64,000 bases of DNA from Candidatus Bathyarchaeota archaeon (GCA_963827165.1 CAWGZR010000005.1:416001-480000), one strand, 5' to 3'; numbered from the stretch's first letter, positions 29,502 through 38,695 are shown. The notes: generated from the sequence alone by a model not told the origin. Numbers and translations are program-made.

Positions 29502-29788
29502 TGTCCAAGAAACCTCCAGTAGCTAAAAAAGAAGAACCAGCCAAAGCAGCACCCGCCGCAACACCAGAAGCAACGGCAGCAGCGCCAGCAAAGAAAGCTG
29601 AGAAAGGAAAAAGAGAGAAGAAGCATAAAGAAGAAAAAGGAGTCAAAGCAATGTACAAGGTCGAAGGCGACAAAATCTCTCGAGCGCGTCCAACTTGCGA
29701 GCGATGTGGACCCGGCTACTTTATGGCAGATCACCATGACAGGTACACTTGTGGCCACTGCGGATTCACTAGGTACAAACAGAAATAA
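29501..29788 (+). CDS. rps27ae: 30S ribosomal protein S27ae with low-complexity N-terminal extension
   Basis: CERCGPGYFMADHHDRYTCGHCG. Confidence 0.95.
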   Translation: MSKKPPVAKKEEPAKAAPAATPEATAAAPAKKAEKGKREKKHKEEKGVKAMYKVEGDKISRARPTCERCGPGYFMADHHDRYTCGHCGFTRYKQK

Positions 29789-29835
29789 ACAGTTTTAAAT
29801 CCTGCTGAAGCGTTTAGGTTCTGGGTTGACCAACA

Positions 29836-30264
29836 ATGCTTAGAGTAAACGTTGTCATAACGAGCATTTCTGCCGAACGCTTTTGGGATATGAGGAAACC
29901 TATCCCGCCAATTCAAATCAACACTAACATCAATGTTGTCGGCATGGAAAAGAAGCAGGATGAATCTTTGGAAGTCCCATTTGTTCTTTCAATTACCTTT
30001 AATCCGTCAATAGCTCAAATGAGCCTGAAAGGAAACGCTTATGTTACAGGCGAAAAAGCCGAAGTTGATAAGGTTCTGAAAGATTACGAGCAAAAGAAAC
30101 CTCCAGCACAAATTGTAATCCAATCAATATCAAATGTTGTTTTCATCGAGTCAGTGTTAATATCGAGAATACTTAACATTCCACCTCCAATTCCGCTACC
30201 TCAAATAGCTGAAACTGGAAAACCACAAAGCTCCAAACCAGAAGGAAGAGACTACAGCGCCTAA
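29836..30264 (+). CDS. Conserved archaeal hypothetical protein (possibly SecB-like fold)
   Basis: ITSISAER N-terminus, NIPPPIPLP C-terminus. Confidence 0.75.
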   Translation: MLRVNVVITSISAERFWDMRKPIPPIQINTNINVVGMEKKQDESLEVPFVLSITFNPSIAQMSLKGNAYVTGEKAEVDKVLKDYEQKKPPAQIVIQSISNVVFIESVLISRILNIPPPIPLPQIAETGKPQSSKPEGRDYSA

Positions 30265-30272
30265 TTGTAGCT

Positions 30273-31787
30273 CTATAGGAACCCCTTAGATTTTCTGGCA
30301 ACAGCATCAGCAATTTTTAGTTCGACAGGAAAAGCAAAGTACCTATGTTTCCAACGGTACTTTTCAATTTTGTTCATAATTGAGTAAGCCATCTTGAATG
30401 TGAAACCGCGTTCTTTTATTCTCTCTGCAGGGAAAAAAGCAAGCCGGCTAACAGCTGAAATCGTATGTAGTTTTGCCACTTGCTTGTTGCTGTGCCACGG
30501 CGGGTCAAAATGGAAAACGTGAATGCTACCCCATTCTTCAAGCGACTGAGGAGGAGAAAAACCCGATGGCAACACATGGGTTAAGGGACTTGGAAAAGGC
30601 GTGTAGACGAATATACCATAATGCTGAGTTTTCGGGTTCACTTCAGCCATTTTATCCATTAAATCAAAAGTTTCCTTGAGGTCTTCGTCTGTTTCTCCTG
30701 GCAAACCGCTCATCCATGACACGTAAGGTTCGATTTTAGGTGCCCAAGCCTTAAGGTTTGCAACAGAGCGGAGCATTTGGCCCGCAGTCACGTCCTTGCA
30801 GATAAGTTCCTGAAGTCGATGTGAACCCGATTCGCCCCCGAAATCAAGCTCAACGCAGCCAGCTCGCTCCAAAAGACCGAGAAACTCTCTGTCGTAAGTG
30901 GACAAATAATCGAATCGGCAGTTAGCCCGCCACTGAATATGTATTTTTCTGTCTAGGATACCTTGACAGATTTCTTGAACTCTCTGCTGATCCACGAAAA
31001 CATTGTCGTCGATGGGATCAATTATTTTAACGTTCGGAAACTTTGTCAGTATGTATTCTATTTCGTCGAGAACGCGATTGGCGCTTTTTGCCCGCCACCT
31101 ATTCTTATTAAATAATGTGTTGTAGCAGAAGCCGCATCTGTGGGGACATCCTCTACTGGTTTGGATGTGGAATCTGCCTGATTTCACCGACGGATAGTGG
31201 TCCATTTGTAGAAGATCGTAGGGCAGCTCGATGGGTATGTCGTCTAAATCGATTACTGTGCCGTCGAGGTTGCTTTTGATTTCGCCGTTGACTTGGTAGG
31301 TTATGCCTGCGACGTTATCGAGCCGTTGACCTGACGCAAGCGCGTCGGCCAAGTCCTTGATTATTAGCTCTCCTTCTCCCCGAACCACGATATCCACGTA
31401 GTCGTTGATTGCGGTTTGTTCAGGCAGTAAGGTTGGGTGGACGCCTCCCCAGACCAGTGTGCAGGACGGATTTTGCGTTCGCATAAAACGGGCGAATTCC
31501 AATGCGTATTTGATTTGCAGGCCGCTCATGCAGCTGATGCCCACGAAGAAAGGGTCGCCGATTTTGAAGCGGCGGTAATCCTCGAGTCGCATGTCGAGGA
31601 CTCTCACAGTGAAGCCTTCTTCTTGCAGACTTGCGGCGATGTGAAGGGTGGCCAGTGGAACTTGAGGGTCAGGCGCTTTGAATTTTCCGGGAAAAACAAG
31701 CAGGACCTCTTTTTCTTTGCCGCCTGCGGTCAGGTTGCAGGAATCAGATAGGCACGTATGGGATCTGTGCACTTCAAAAAGCCTCAT
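30273..31787 (-). CDS. Cobalamin-binding radical SAM protein
   Basis: WGGVHPT and VRGEGE B12-domain motifs; TSRGCPHRCGFC. Confidence 0.92.
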   Translation of the reverse strand: MRLFEVHRSHTCLSDSCNLTAGGKEKEVLLVFPGKFKAPDPQVPLATLHIAASLQEEGFTVRVLDMRLEDYRRFKIGDPFFVGISCMSGLQIKYALEFARFMRTQNPSCTLVWGGVHPTLLPEQTAINDYVDIVVRGEGELIIKDLADALASGQRLDNVAGITYQVNGEIKSNLDGTVIDLDDIPIELPYDLLQMDHYPSVKSGRFHIQTSRGCPHRCGFCYNTLFNKNRWRAKSANRVLDEIEYILTKFPNVKIIDPIDDNVFVDQQRVQEICQGILDRKIHIQWRANCRFDYLSTYDREFLGLLERAGCVELDFGGESGSHRLQELICKDVTAGQMLRSVANLKAWAPKIEPYVSWMSGLPGETDEDLKETFDLMDKMAEVNPKTQHYGIFVYTPFPSPLTHVLPSGFSPPQSLEEWGSIHVFHFDPPWHSNKQVAKLHTISAVSRLAFFPAERIKERGFTFKMAYSIMNKIEKYRWKHRYFAFPVELKIADAVARKSKGFL

Positions 31788-32038
31788 TAGAAGATTAGCG
31801 AGAATGTGCTTTAAACCTTTCTTGATGCTGCTTAAGAGCGGTTCAGAATAGCAACTTTTGCTTGCCTCTCATTCGACAGCTTCCCTGGGAAAGCCATAGC
31901 TATCCACCAGAAACCAAAGGAAAACTTGCAGACAGCATGTTACGGGAGCGGCCGGGAAAGTCGCAACTTTCACCACGGCAAAAGTCTCAACTTAAAAAAC
32001 GCAAGAACCGAAAAAAGAAATAGAATTGAAAAAAACGT

Positions 32039-32443
32039 TTATTTAAGCGGCACATACATCGAAGAACGTGACGCACCGATTCCTGGAGTTCCATGTCTAA
32101 CGGGTTTGTTTGTTATTGCGAATTCGCCTGTATAGTGTCCGATCATTTCAGGTTTTATTTCAACCGCAACGAATTCTTTGCCGTTATGTATCTGGATTTT
32201 AACGCCGACCATTTCGGGCAGAATAATAAGGTCTCGAACGTGAGTTTTAAGGTTGACTTCTTTGCCTTGCTTTTGTGCTTCCTTAGCTTCACGCAGCTTT
32301 TCTAGCAGTATGCGTTGTTCGGGGGTTAAACCGCGTTGAAGGCTTCTTCGCTGTCTTGAGGGAAGTAGATTGATGAATTCATCCATAGACATCCCTGTCA
32401 AATTGGCCAAGCTTTGTCCGCGGTAACTAAATTCTTTCGGCAT
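32039..32443 (-). CDS. rps19: 30S ribosomal protein S19
   Basis: [24 protein letters not shown]. Confidence 0.97.
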   Translation of the reverse strand: MPKEFSYRGQSLANLTGMSMDEFINLLPSRQRRSLQRGLTPEQRILLEKLREAKEAQKQGKEVNLKTHVRDLIILPEMVGVKIQIHNGKEFVAVEIKPEMIGHYTGEFAITNKPVRHGTPGIGASRSSMYVPLK

Positions 32444-32496
32444 TTTTCATCTTCACCTTAAACTCTTTCTAAACGCTATAAACCTTATCCCCGATT

Positions 32497-33237
32497 CTAG
32501 CGGATTGCTCGCTTCTTTTTCTGCCCCGGGCCTCTTGCAGCGATTAAGCCTACTTTCTGTCCTGGTGGAGCGCCATGTGAAGTCGTTGTGCATCTGCGAG
32601 AGCTTCGTTTGCTACTTCCATATGGATGGACAGCTGGAACCATTTTACGTCCGCTCGTTCTCGGGTACTTGTGGCCTTTAGCTTTCATTAGATGGAATTT
32701 TTCGCCTGCTTTCAGAAAAGGCTTCTCGATTCTTCCCGAGGCGGAAACCACGCCTACGGTTGCTAAGCAATAATCGTCAACGTACCTAGTTCTTCCTGAG
32801 GGTAACCTAATCATTGTACCTTGAGGTGTGTGACCGACAACGGTTGCGTATGCGCCTGATGATTTTGCCATTTTGCCGCCGTCGCCTGGCCGGAGTTCTA
32901 TTCCACAAACGATTGTTCCTTCAGGTATCTTTCCCAGTGAAACGATGTTGCCTATTTCAGCAGGTGCATTTCCGCCGTAGGTGATTTGTTGCCCTGTGGA
33001 GACGCCTTCAGGGACAATCGTGTAAAATGACAATCCGTTTGCGAACTTTATTAGTGAAAGGGGTGATCCTCTGCCTGGATCATGCATTAGTTCTTGTACT
33101 GTGCCGCTTAGTGAGGCGTCGAATGATTCTTTTGGCGTTATCGCGGGGTATTTTGCTGGAGCAACTCGTTTATGAGTGGAAGCTCGCCAGTTTCGTCCGC
33201 CGCGACCGCGTCTCTGAACACGAATACGTTTTCCCAT
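32497..33237 (-). CDS. rpl2: 50S ribosomal protein L2
   Basis: MGKRIRVQRRGRG, HDPGRG, GQKVGLIAAR. Confidence 0.97.
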   Translation of the reverse strand: MGKRIRVQRRGRGGRNWRASTHKRVAPAKYPAITPKESFDASLSGTVQELMHDPGRGSPLSLIKFANGLSFYTIVPEGVSTGQQITYGGNAPAEIGNIVSLGKIPEGTIVCGIELRPGDGGKMAKSSGAYATVVGHTPQGTMIRLPSGRTRYVDDYCLATVGVVSASGRIEKPFLKAGEKFHLMKAKGHKYPRTSGRKMVPAVHPYGSSKRSSRRCTTTSHGAPPGQKVGLIAARGPGQKKKRAIR

Positions 33238-33257
33238 AAGTCATGCATCCAATCAGT

Positions 33258-33518
33258 TTATAATATTCCTAGTTTAATTGCGACGTCTGAAGCCTTAAAT
33301 TCAGGTTTTAGTTTCACGAAGGCTTTCTTCACGCCTTGCGGGGTAATAAGCAAGTTTATTTTGTTTACTTTTACCTCGTAGAGTTCTTCAACAGCTTTTC
33401 TTATGTCGTTTTTTCCAGCTTTAATGTTTACGATGAAGATCAGTTTGTTATCTTTCTCAACCATTACGCTTGCGGATTCTGTCATTAACGGGTAAAATAT
33501 AACATCATTGATTTCCAT
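33258..33518 (-). CDS. rpl23: 50S ribosomal protein L23
   Basis: PLMTE, KKAFVKL. Confidence 0.96.
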   Translation of the reverse strand: MEINDVIFYPLMTESASVMVEKDNKLIFIVNIKAGKNDIRKAVEELYEVKVNKINLLITPQGVKKAFVKLKPEFKASDVAIKLGIL

Positions 33519-34312
33519 TATTCGGTTTCTCCATGACTGTAGAGTTTATCTAAACTTTCGATCGCGCCACTGGTCCAAAGAGTCAATCTGCCCGGATGAG
33601 TTCCAGGCGCTAACATTTCAGTGTTAAGATTTTTGACCGTGGTTACTTGTACTCCTGGAACGTTGCAAGCAGCGTTTTCCAATCCTTTATTGTCAACTAC
33701 TACAATTAGCGGTCCAACGGCTTGCTTCATTTTTCGGCCTCTGTGCTTGCCTTTGCCCGCGCGGATTTTTCGGCTGTCTCGAACGCGGGTTATGTCGTTT
33801 AGTACGCCGAGTTTTGTTAGGGCTTGCTCGACTTCTTTTGCCTTTGTTAAGCTTTCAATGGCGTTGTCAACTATTAGAGGTATGTCTACGACGTCTTGAA
33901 TCTTGTGTCCACGCGAAGCTACGGTTTCTTTTTGAGCTGTTGCAGCAATCGCCGAAAACAACGCTAATTTTGCCTCCTTTTTCGGGATGCTTTTTAGTAT
34001 TTTCTTTTCGGCTTTTGGAGGATGAGGTTGTCGTCCTTTGACTGTGCTTGGAGCAAAAGCTGCTCTTCCGCTGCCGCCCTTGATGCGGGGGATTCTTGCT
34101 GTTCCGCTACCTGTTCCTCGTGATTCGGCGCTTGTCCTTTTTCCAGCCATCGGGTCTCTGCCTTGCGGCTGTAACCTGCTTGACTGTATGGCTAGGACTG
34201 CTCGTTTTATGATGTCGGGTCGAAGAGGCGTAGAGAATACGCTTGGAAGCGTGACGTTGCCGGTTGATTCGCCCTGTAAATCGAAGATTTTCGCTGTTTT
34301 TTGCTGTGACAT
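33518..34312 (-). CDS. rpl4: 50S ribosomal protein L4
   Basis: RPDII, IRAGKGK.RGR, LAPGTHPGRLTLW. Confidence 0.97.
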   Translation of the reverse strand: MSQQKTAKIFDLQGESTGNVTLPSVFSTPLRPDIIKRAVLAIQSSRLQPQGRDPMAGKRTSAESRGTGSGTARIPRIKGGSGRAAFAPSTVKGRQPHPPKAEKKILKSIPKKEAKLALFSAIAATAQKETVASRGHKIQDVVDIPLIVDNAIESLTKAKEVEQALTKLGVLNDITRVRDSRKIRAGKGKHRGRKMKQAVGPLIVVVDNKGLENAACNVPGVQVTTVKNLNTEMLAPGTHPGRLTLWTSGAIESLDKLYSHGETE

Positions 34313-34325
34313 AACTTTTTCAACC

Positions 34326-35339
34326 TTACTTTCCTTGTGGTGATTCCAGCGACACGTATGTTACTTGTGGCGGCGCTTCAGGGATTTCCCGTGGTGGACG
34401 TGCTGGAACACGTAAGCGGATTTGGCGTTTTTCTGTTCCTGGGATGCTTCCTTCCATGAGTATGTATGGCCCTTTAACTTCGCCGTAGCGTATGTATCCA
34501 CCTTTGACGGTTACTTCTTTGCCGTCTTTGCCGATTTTGAGTATGCGCTTGTTGAATTCTATACGTTGGTGATAGCCCATTTGTCCCGCTCGTGGAATAG
34601 AGTACATGAGGTGATGTGGGTTCCATGGACCCAAAGTGGCAATTCCACGTTTGGTTTTGCGGCCTTTATGCTGCAGTTTGGTTACTCCCCAACGTTTAAC
34701 TGGTCCTTGGAAGCCTTTTCCAACTGTGACTCCTGCGATGTCGATGTATTGTCCGTCTTTGAAAACTTCTTCAGGCGTCACTGTTTTGCCTAAAATCTGT
34801 TTGGCATATTCAAGCTGCTGTGCTATAGTGCCTCCGCCAATTTGGACTTCACATGCGTCAGGCTTCTTCTTTGAGAGGCTTGTCTGGGTAGGTTGTGTTG
34901 CTGTAATTACTCTTACGATTGTTGTGTTTTCAAGGTTCTGCTGGAGTTTGTCAAGCATTGCTTCTGTGTCAAAGTTTTCTGGCAGAACCATCATGCGGTC
35001 CAGGATTGCTGGTGGATCTTTCATCCATGCCTCGCTGATGTTCTGGAGCCCGTATGGCGTTTTGGTGTAAGTTCGGATGCCGCAGACAATGATCGGCGGC
35101 GTCTCGAGTATGGTTGCTGCCCGCATGACTTCTTTGCCGAAGTTGGGTGAACGTTTACGGTCTTCGATGGTGAAGACATATGTCATGCCTGCTTTGTACG
35201 CTGAGAAACCAAGCAGCCTTGGAGAATCAGATTCTATTTTTGGCCAATATCGGATCCGCGCAACTGGATTCTTAGCGCGTTTCCTAGGTAAATAAGCAAG
35301 TGAACCATGCTTAGGAGCGTGAGTTTTACGATGTCCCAT
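34326..35339 (-). CDS. rpl3: 50S ribosomal protein L3
   Basis: GSLAYLPRKRA, YKAGMT, GKGFQGPVKRWG. Confidence 0.97.
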   Translation of the reverse strand: MGHRKTHAPKHGSLAYLPRKRAKNPVARIRYWPKIESDSPRLLGFSAYKAGMTYVFTIEDRKRSPNFGKEVMRAATILETPPIIVCGIRTYTKTPYGLQNISEAWMKDPPAILDRMMVLPENFDTEAMLDKLQQNLENTTIVRVITATQPTQTSLSKKKPDACEVQIGGGTIAQQLEYAKQILGKTVTPEEVFKDGQYIDIAGVTVGKGFQGPVKRWGVTKLQHKGRKTKRGIATLGPWNPHHLMYSIPRAGQMGYHQRIEFNKRILKIGKDGKEVTVKGGYIRYGEVKGPYILMEGSIPGTEKRQIRLRVPARPPREIPEAPPQVTYVSLESPQGK

Positions 35340-35494
35340 AGATTATCCGCTTCGCGCCATTAGCAAATATAAGGAGAGGTAATAAACATTACCGTCAAAA
35401 ACTGTAAAGGAAAGCGCACAATCAAGTTTCGTTTTCGGCTTTGTTGTGGCTGACTTTTTTGTTGTTTTGAGTGTAGATTTTTGAGTTGAGACCT

Positions 35495-36070
35495 TTGGTT
35501 TTTGGAAATTTCGACTTTTCGCAGGGGTTCTTTGTGTTTTTGGTTGCTTTCGTGGAATAAAGCTTGGATTGGTTACAACTGTAGGCTAGAATATGCTATA
35601 ATATGTTATAAGACGCTATAATGAGCTAGAAAAGGATGGAAAATACAATACGGTCAACGCTGGGAAGAAGAAGTGGAAGTTTATGGCGGTTTTGATTTTT
35701 TTTCGCAGAATTTTTTCTTTGTTTTAGATTGGTTTTTTGGTTTGGGGCTTGGATCGGTTGCGACTAGTCTCCCAAAACATCGTGAAACATCTCAAAACAT
35801 CGCTGGAAGAAACTGTGAAGTAGGAGCGGATAACAGGTTTTTGGGTCGGAAATTTTTTTGCTTTGTGTTTCAGATTGCTTTTTTGCATCAGGGTTTGAAT
35901 CGTCTTCAGGTTGCGTCATGAAACGTCACTAAACGTCATGTAACGTCATAAAAAGTCATGAAACGTCGCCAAACGTCATAAACCGTCACAAAACGTCACT
36001 AAAAGTCAACCAAAGTCAACAGGTGGCCACTACCGTCACTTAAGATAAAAGTCAAAGATCGTGATGGGAG
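35495..36070 (-). repeat. Composite repeat element, copy B (three modules of 10-bp array plus conserved segment), inverted relative to copy A
   Basis: 11 x AAACGTCAnn at 35911-36020, 3 x AAACATC at 35772-35801, 5 x nnnnGCTAKA at 35581-35630; each followed on the minus strand by a related A/C-rich segment. Confidence 0.85.
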
Positions 36071-36277
36071 AGCGAACGCGCAGATAGATTTCTTTTTTTG
36101 GGGGGGCTTGAAGGTTTCTGTGGACTGCGACTTTCGTTTGGGAATTGGTTGTTGAATTGCGTTTGGTTTTGGGGCGTCTTTTGTGTTGCTTTGTCATAGC
36201 AAACAGTAGACCCTCCTGCGCTGGTCAGTTTCCGTTAGAAAACGTTTTTACAGCCCAGACACAAATCCTATACCTGC

Positions 36278-36399
36278 GCCGGGGTGGCGGAGTGGTTAAC
36301 GCGCCAGCCTCGAGATCTAACAAAAGAGGGCTAAGCCAAAAGGCAAGTTAGCTGGTGGGCTTCGTGCTCGCAGGGGTTCGAATCCCTTCCCCGGCGCCA
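36278..36399 (+). tRNA. tRNA-Ser (CGA) with ~35-nt intron at 37/38 (36315-36349), CCA encoded
   Basis: Acceptor GCCGGGG/CCCCGGC, discriminator G, anticodon stem CCAGC/GCTGG, long variable arm, GTTCGAAT T loop. Confidence 0.9.
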
Positions 36400-36588
36400 A
36401 CAACATTCTATTGGATAAATCCCAGCATGAGGTTATTGACTTTCTAGAGATCCTTCCATTTTTTAACTCTCAGGTTCAATTTTGAAAATATTTTTATCCA
36501 AGAAAGGCTCGAAAAAATTTTAGAATCGCCAAAACTCAAAACTCTGGACACAAGGAAAAACGCGGTTTATTTGGCGATGTGTTAAAAT

Positions 36589-36607
36589 ATTAGTTAGAAA
36601 AGCTAAT
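36589..36607. promoter_or_regulatory. Imperfect palindrome ATTAGTT-N5-AGCTAAT, candidate MarR operator
   Basis: Lies 20 bp upstream of the marR ATG at 36628. Confidence 0.45.
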
Positions 36608-36627
36608 TGTTAGAAGATGCAATTAAT

Positions 36628-37089
36628 ATGACTTTGTCTCCTAAAGAAGCCGCGCGCCAGTTACTTGAAGTAATTCCAGTCGTCATGAGAGAGATACGTT
36701 CAGAAATGCGCAGTCGAAGATCACCAGACTTAACAGTTCCTCAGTTTCGCGCCCTTTCGTTCGTAAGCCGAAACGTCGGCACCTCGCTCTTGGAGGTGGC
36801 AAATCACCTCGGTTTAACTCCGCCCTCAACATCCAGGCTGGTGGACGGCTTAATTTATCGAAACATGATGACAAGAGAAGATCACCCAGACGATAGGCGA
36901 CGAGTAAAATTAACTGTAACTCATGTTGGAGAACAGATCCTTGAAGCCTCGCGGCAAGACGCATTAACCTATTTATCCACAAAACTAAGCAATATTACCG
37001 CTAACGACAGGGAAGCTATCGTTAAAGCCATGAACGTTTTGCAGCCCATCTTCACAAGTGACGCAAAAACCAGAATGGGGTTGAAGTAA
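36628..37089 (+). CDS. MarR family regulator
   Basis: LTVPQFRAL, SRLVDGL, DDRRR. Confidence 0.92.
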   Translation: MTLSPKEAARQLLEVIPVVMREIRSEMRSRRSPDLTVPQFRALSFVSRNVGTSLLEVANHLGLTPPSTSRLVDGLIYRNMMTREDHPDDRRRVKLTVTHVGEQILEASRQDALTYLSTKLSNITANDREAIVKAMNVLQPIFTSDAKTRMGLK

Positions 37090-37887
37090 ATGTTCATTTT
37101 AACAACCGAGCATCTTACTCGCTGCTTCGGAGATTTAACTGCAGTTGACGACCTGACGATATCAGTAGAAGAAGGCGAAATATTCGGTCTCCTCGGCCCG
37201 AACGGAGCAGGCAAATCGACAGCGATTAAGATGATCACCACTCTTCTGCCTCCGACCTCTGGATGCGTAAGTGTCGGCGGTTTTGACTTGGCGCATGGCG
37301 CAAACCAATTCAGAAGATTGATTGGCTACGTGCCACAAATCCTCTCAGCTGATGGAACACTAACAGCCCGTGAAAACCTTACCGTCTTCGCCAGCCTATA
37401 TGATATTCCAAGAAATGAACGTTCCAAAAGAATTGATGAGTCGTTGGCGTTAATGGAACTGACGGAAGCCTCGGATAAACTTGTGAAAAATTATTCTGGT
37501 GGCATGATTAGACGTTTAGAGATAGCACAGTCAATGCTTCATCGACCTAAAGTTCTGTTTTTAGATGAACCAACCATAGGCCTTGATCCTGTTGGGCGCA
37601 AAGCAGTTTGGGACCACATCCAAAAACTGCGGGACAATTTTGGTACAACCATTTTTCTTACAACACATTACATGGAAGAGGCAGACAAATTGTGTTCCAG
37701 AGTGGCGATTATGCATTTAGGGAAATTAGCTGTTGTCGGTGTCCCAACTGATTTGAAGATGTCGCTACATTTGGAGAATGCGACACTTGAAGATGTGTTT
37801 ACTCATTACACTGGAGGAGCACTTGACAGGGGAGACAGTTACCGAGAAGCAAGAATTACAAGACGAACAGCGAAGAGGCTCGGCTAA
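37090..37887 (+). CDS. DrrA-like ABC exporter ATP-binding protein
   Basis: GPNGAGKS, YSGGM, FLDEPTIGLD. Confidence 0.93.
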   Translation: MFILTTEHLTRCFGDLTAVDDLTISVEEGEIFGLLGPNGAGKSTAIKMITTLLPPTSGCVSVGGFDLAHGANQFRRLIGYVPQILSADGTLTARENLTVFASLYDIPRNERSKRIDESLALMELTEASDKLVKNYSGGMIRRLEIAQSMLHRPKVLFLDEPTIGLDPVGRKAVWDHIQKLRDNFGTTIFLTTHYMEEADKLCSRVAIMHLGKLAVVGVPTDLKMSLHLENATLEDVFTHYTGGALDRGDSYREARITRRTAKRLG

Positions 37888-37888
37888 A

Positions 37889-38695
37889 ATGAGTACAGAT
37901 AAATTGAAGACCGTTTGCAACTCGGTCAGTTGTTTCTTTAGTAAAACTTTGAGTATCGCAGCGATGGATGTTCGGAAGCTTCGTCATGACCCCGCTGAGT
38001 TGATTACTCGAGCAGTACAGCCAGCACTTTGGCTTCTGGTCTTCGGAGAAGTTTTTACAAGAGTACATATCATACCGACTGGCAGTCTGTCTTACTTGTC
38101 TTTCATGGCGCCGGGGATTTTGGCTCAAAGCGTACTTTTCATAGCTATATTCTTTGGCATTACTGTTATTTGGGAACGAGATTTAGGCATTGTCCATAAA
38201 TTTTTGGTCAGCCCTACTCCACGTGAAGCATTGGTTCTTGGAAAAGCCTTGTCCGCAGGAGTCCGTGCCCTTTCTCAAGTAGTTATCATTTACTTGTTGG
38301 CTGTGTTAATTGGTGTTGGAATAAATTGGAACCCCATAAATCTAACACTGGTCGCAATCGTTGCAATATTGGCTTCAGCATCGTTCTCCACGTTTTCACT
38401 CATCATAGCTTCGGTCGTAAAGACAAGGGAACGTTTCATGGGCATCGGTCAAATCTTAACCATGCCATTGTTTTTTGCAAGCAATGCCATTTACCCGCTT
38501 TCAATGATGCCGAGTTGGTTACAAGCGGTTGCACAAGTTAACCCACTAACATATACCGTTGACGCTTTGCGAGGGCTAATGATCGTTGGAGGAACCAGTG
38601 TCTACGGTATTGATTTGGATATGCTTGTACTTTCAGTTAGTATGATAGCCTTGATAATTATCGGAGCTAAGCTCTATCCGAAAGTGATCATTTGA
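37889..38695 (+). CDS. DrrB-like ABC-2 permease
   Basis: YLSFMAPGILAQ, WERDLG, NPLTYTVDALR; start taken at MSTDK. Confidence 0.9.
   Translation: MSTDKLKTVCNSVSCFFSKTLSIAAMDVRKLRHDPAELITRAVQPALWLLVFGEVFTRVHIIPTGSLSYLSFMAPGILAQSVLFIAIFFGITVIWERDLGIVHKFLVSPTPREALVLGKALSAGVRALSQVVIIYLLAVLIGVGINWNPINLTLVAIVAILASASFSTFSLIIASVVKTRERFMGIGQILTMPLFFASNAIYPLSMMPSWLQAVAQVNPLTYTVDALRGLMIVGGTSVYGIDLDMLVLSVSMIALIIIGAKLYPKVII

Noticed and set aside
31970-31981. 12-mer TCACCACGGCAA shared with the WOR5 leader near 49815
   Set aside because: A single 12-bp match is expected by chance in a window this size, and the flanks do not align
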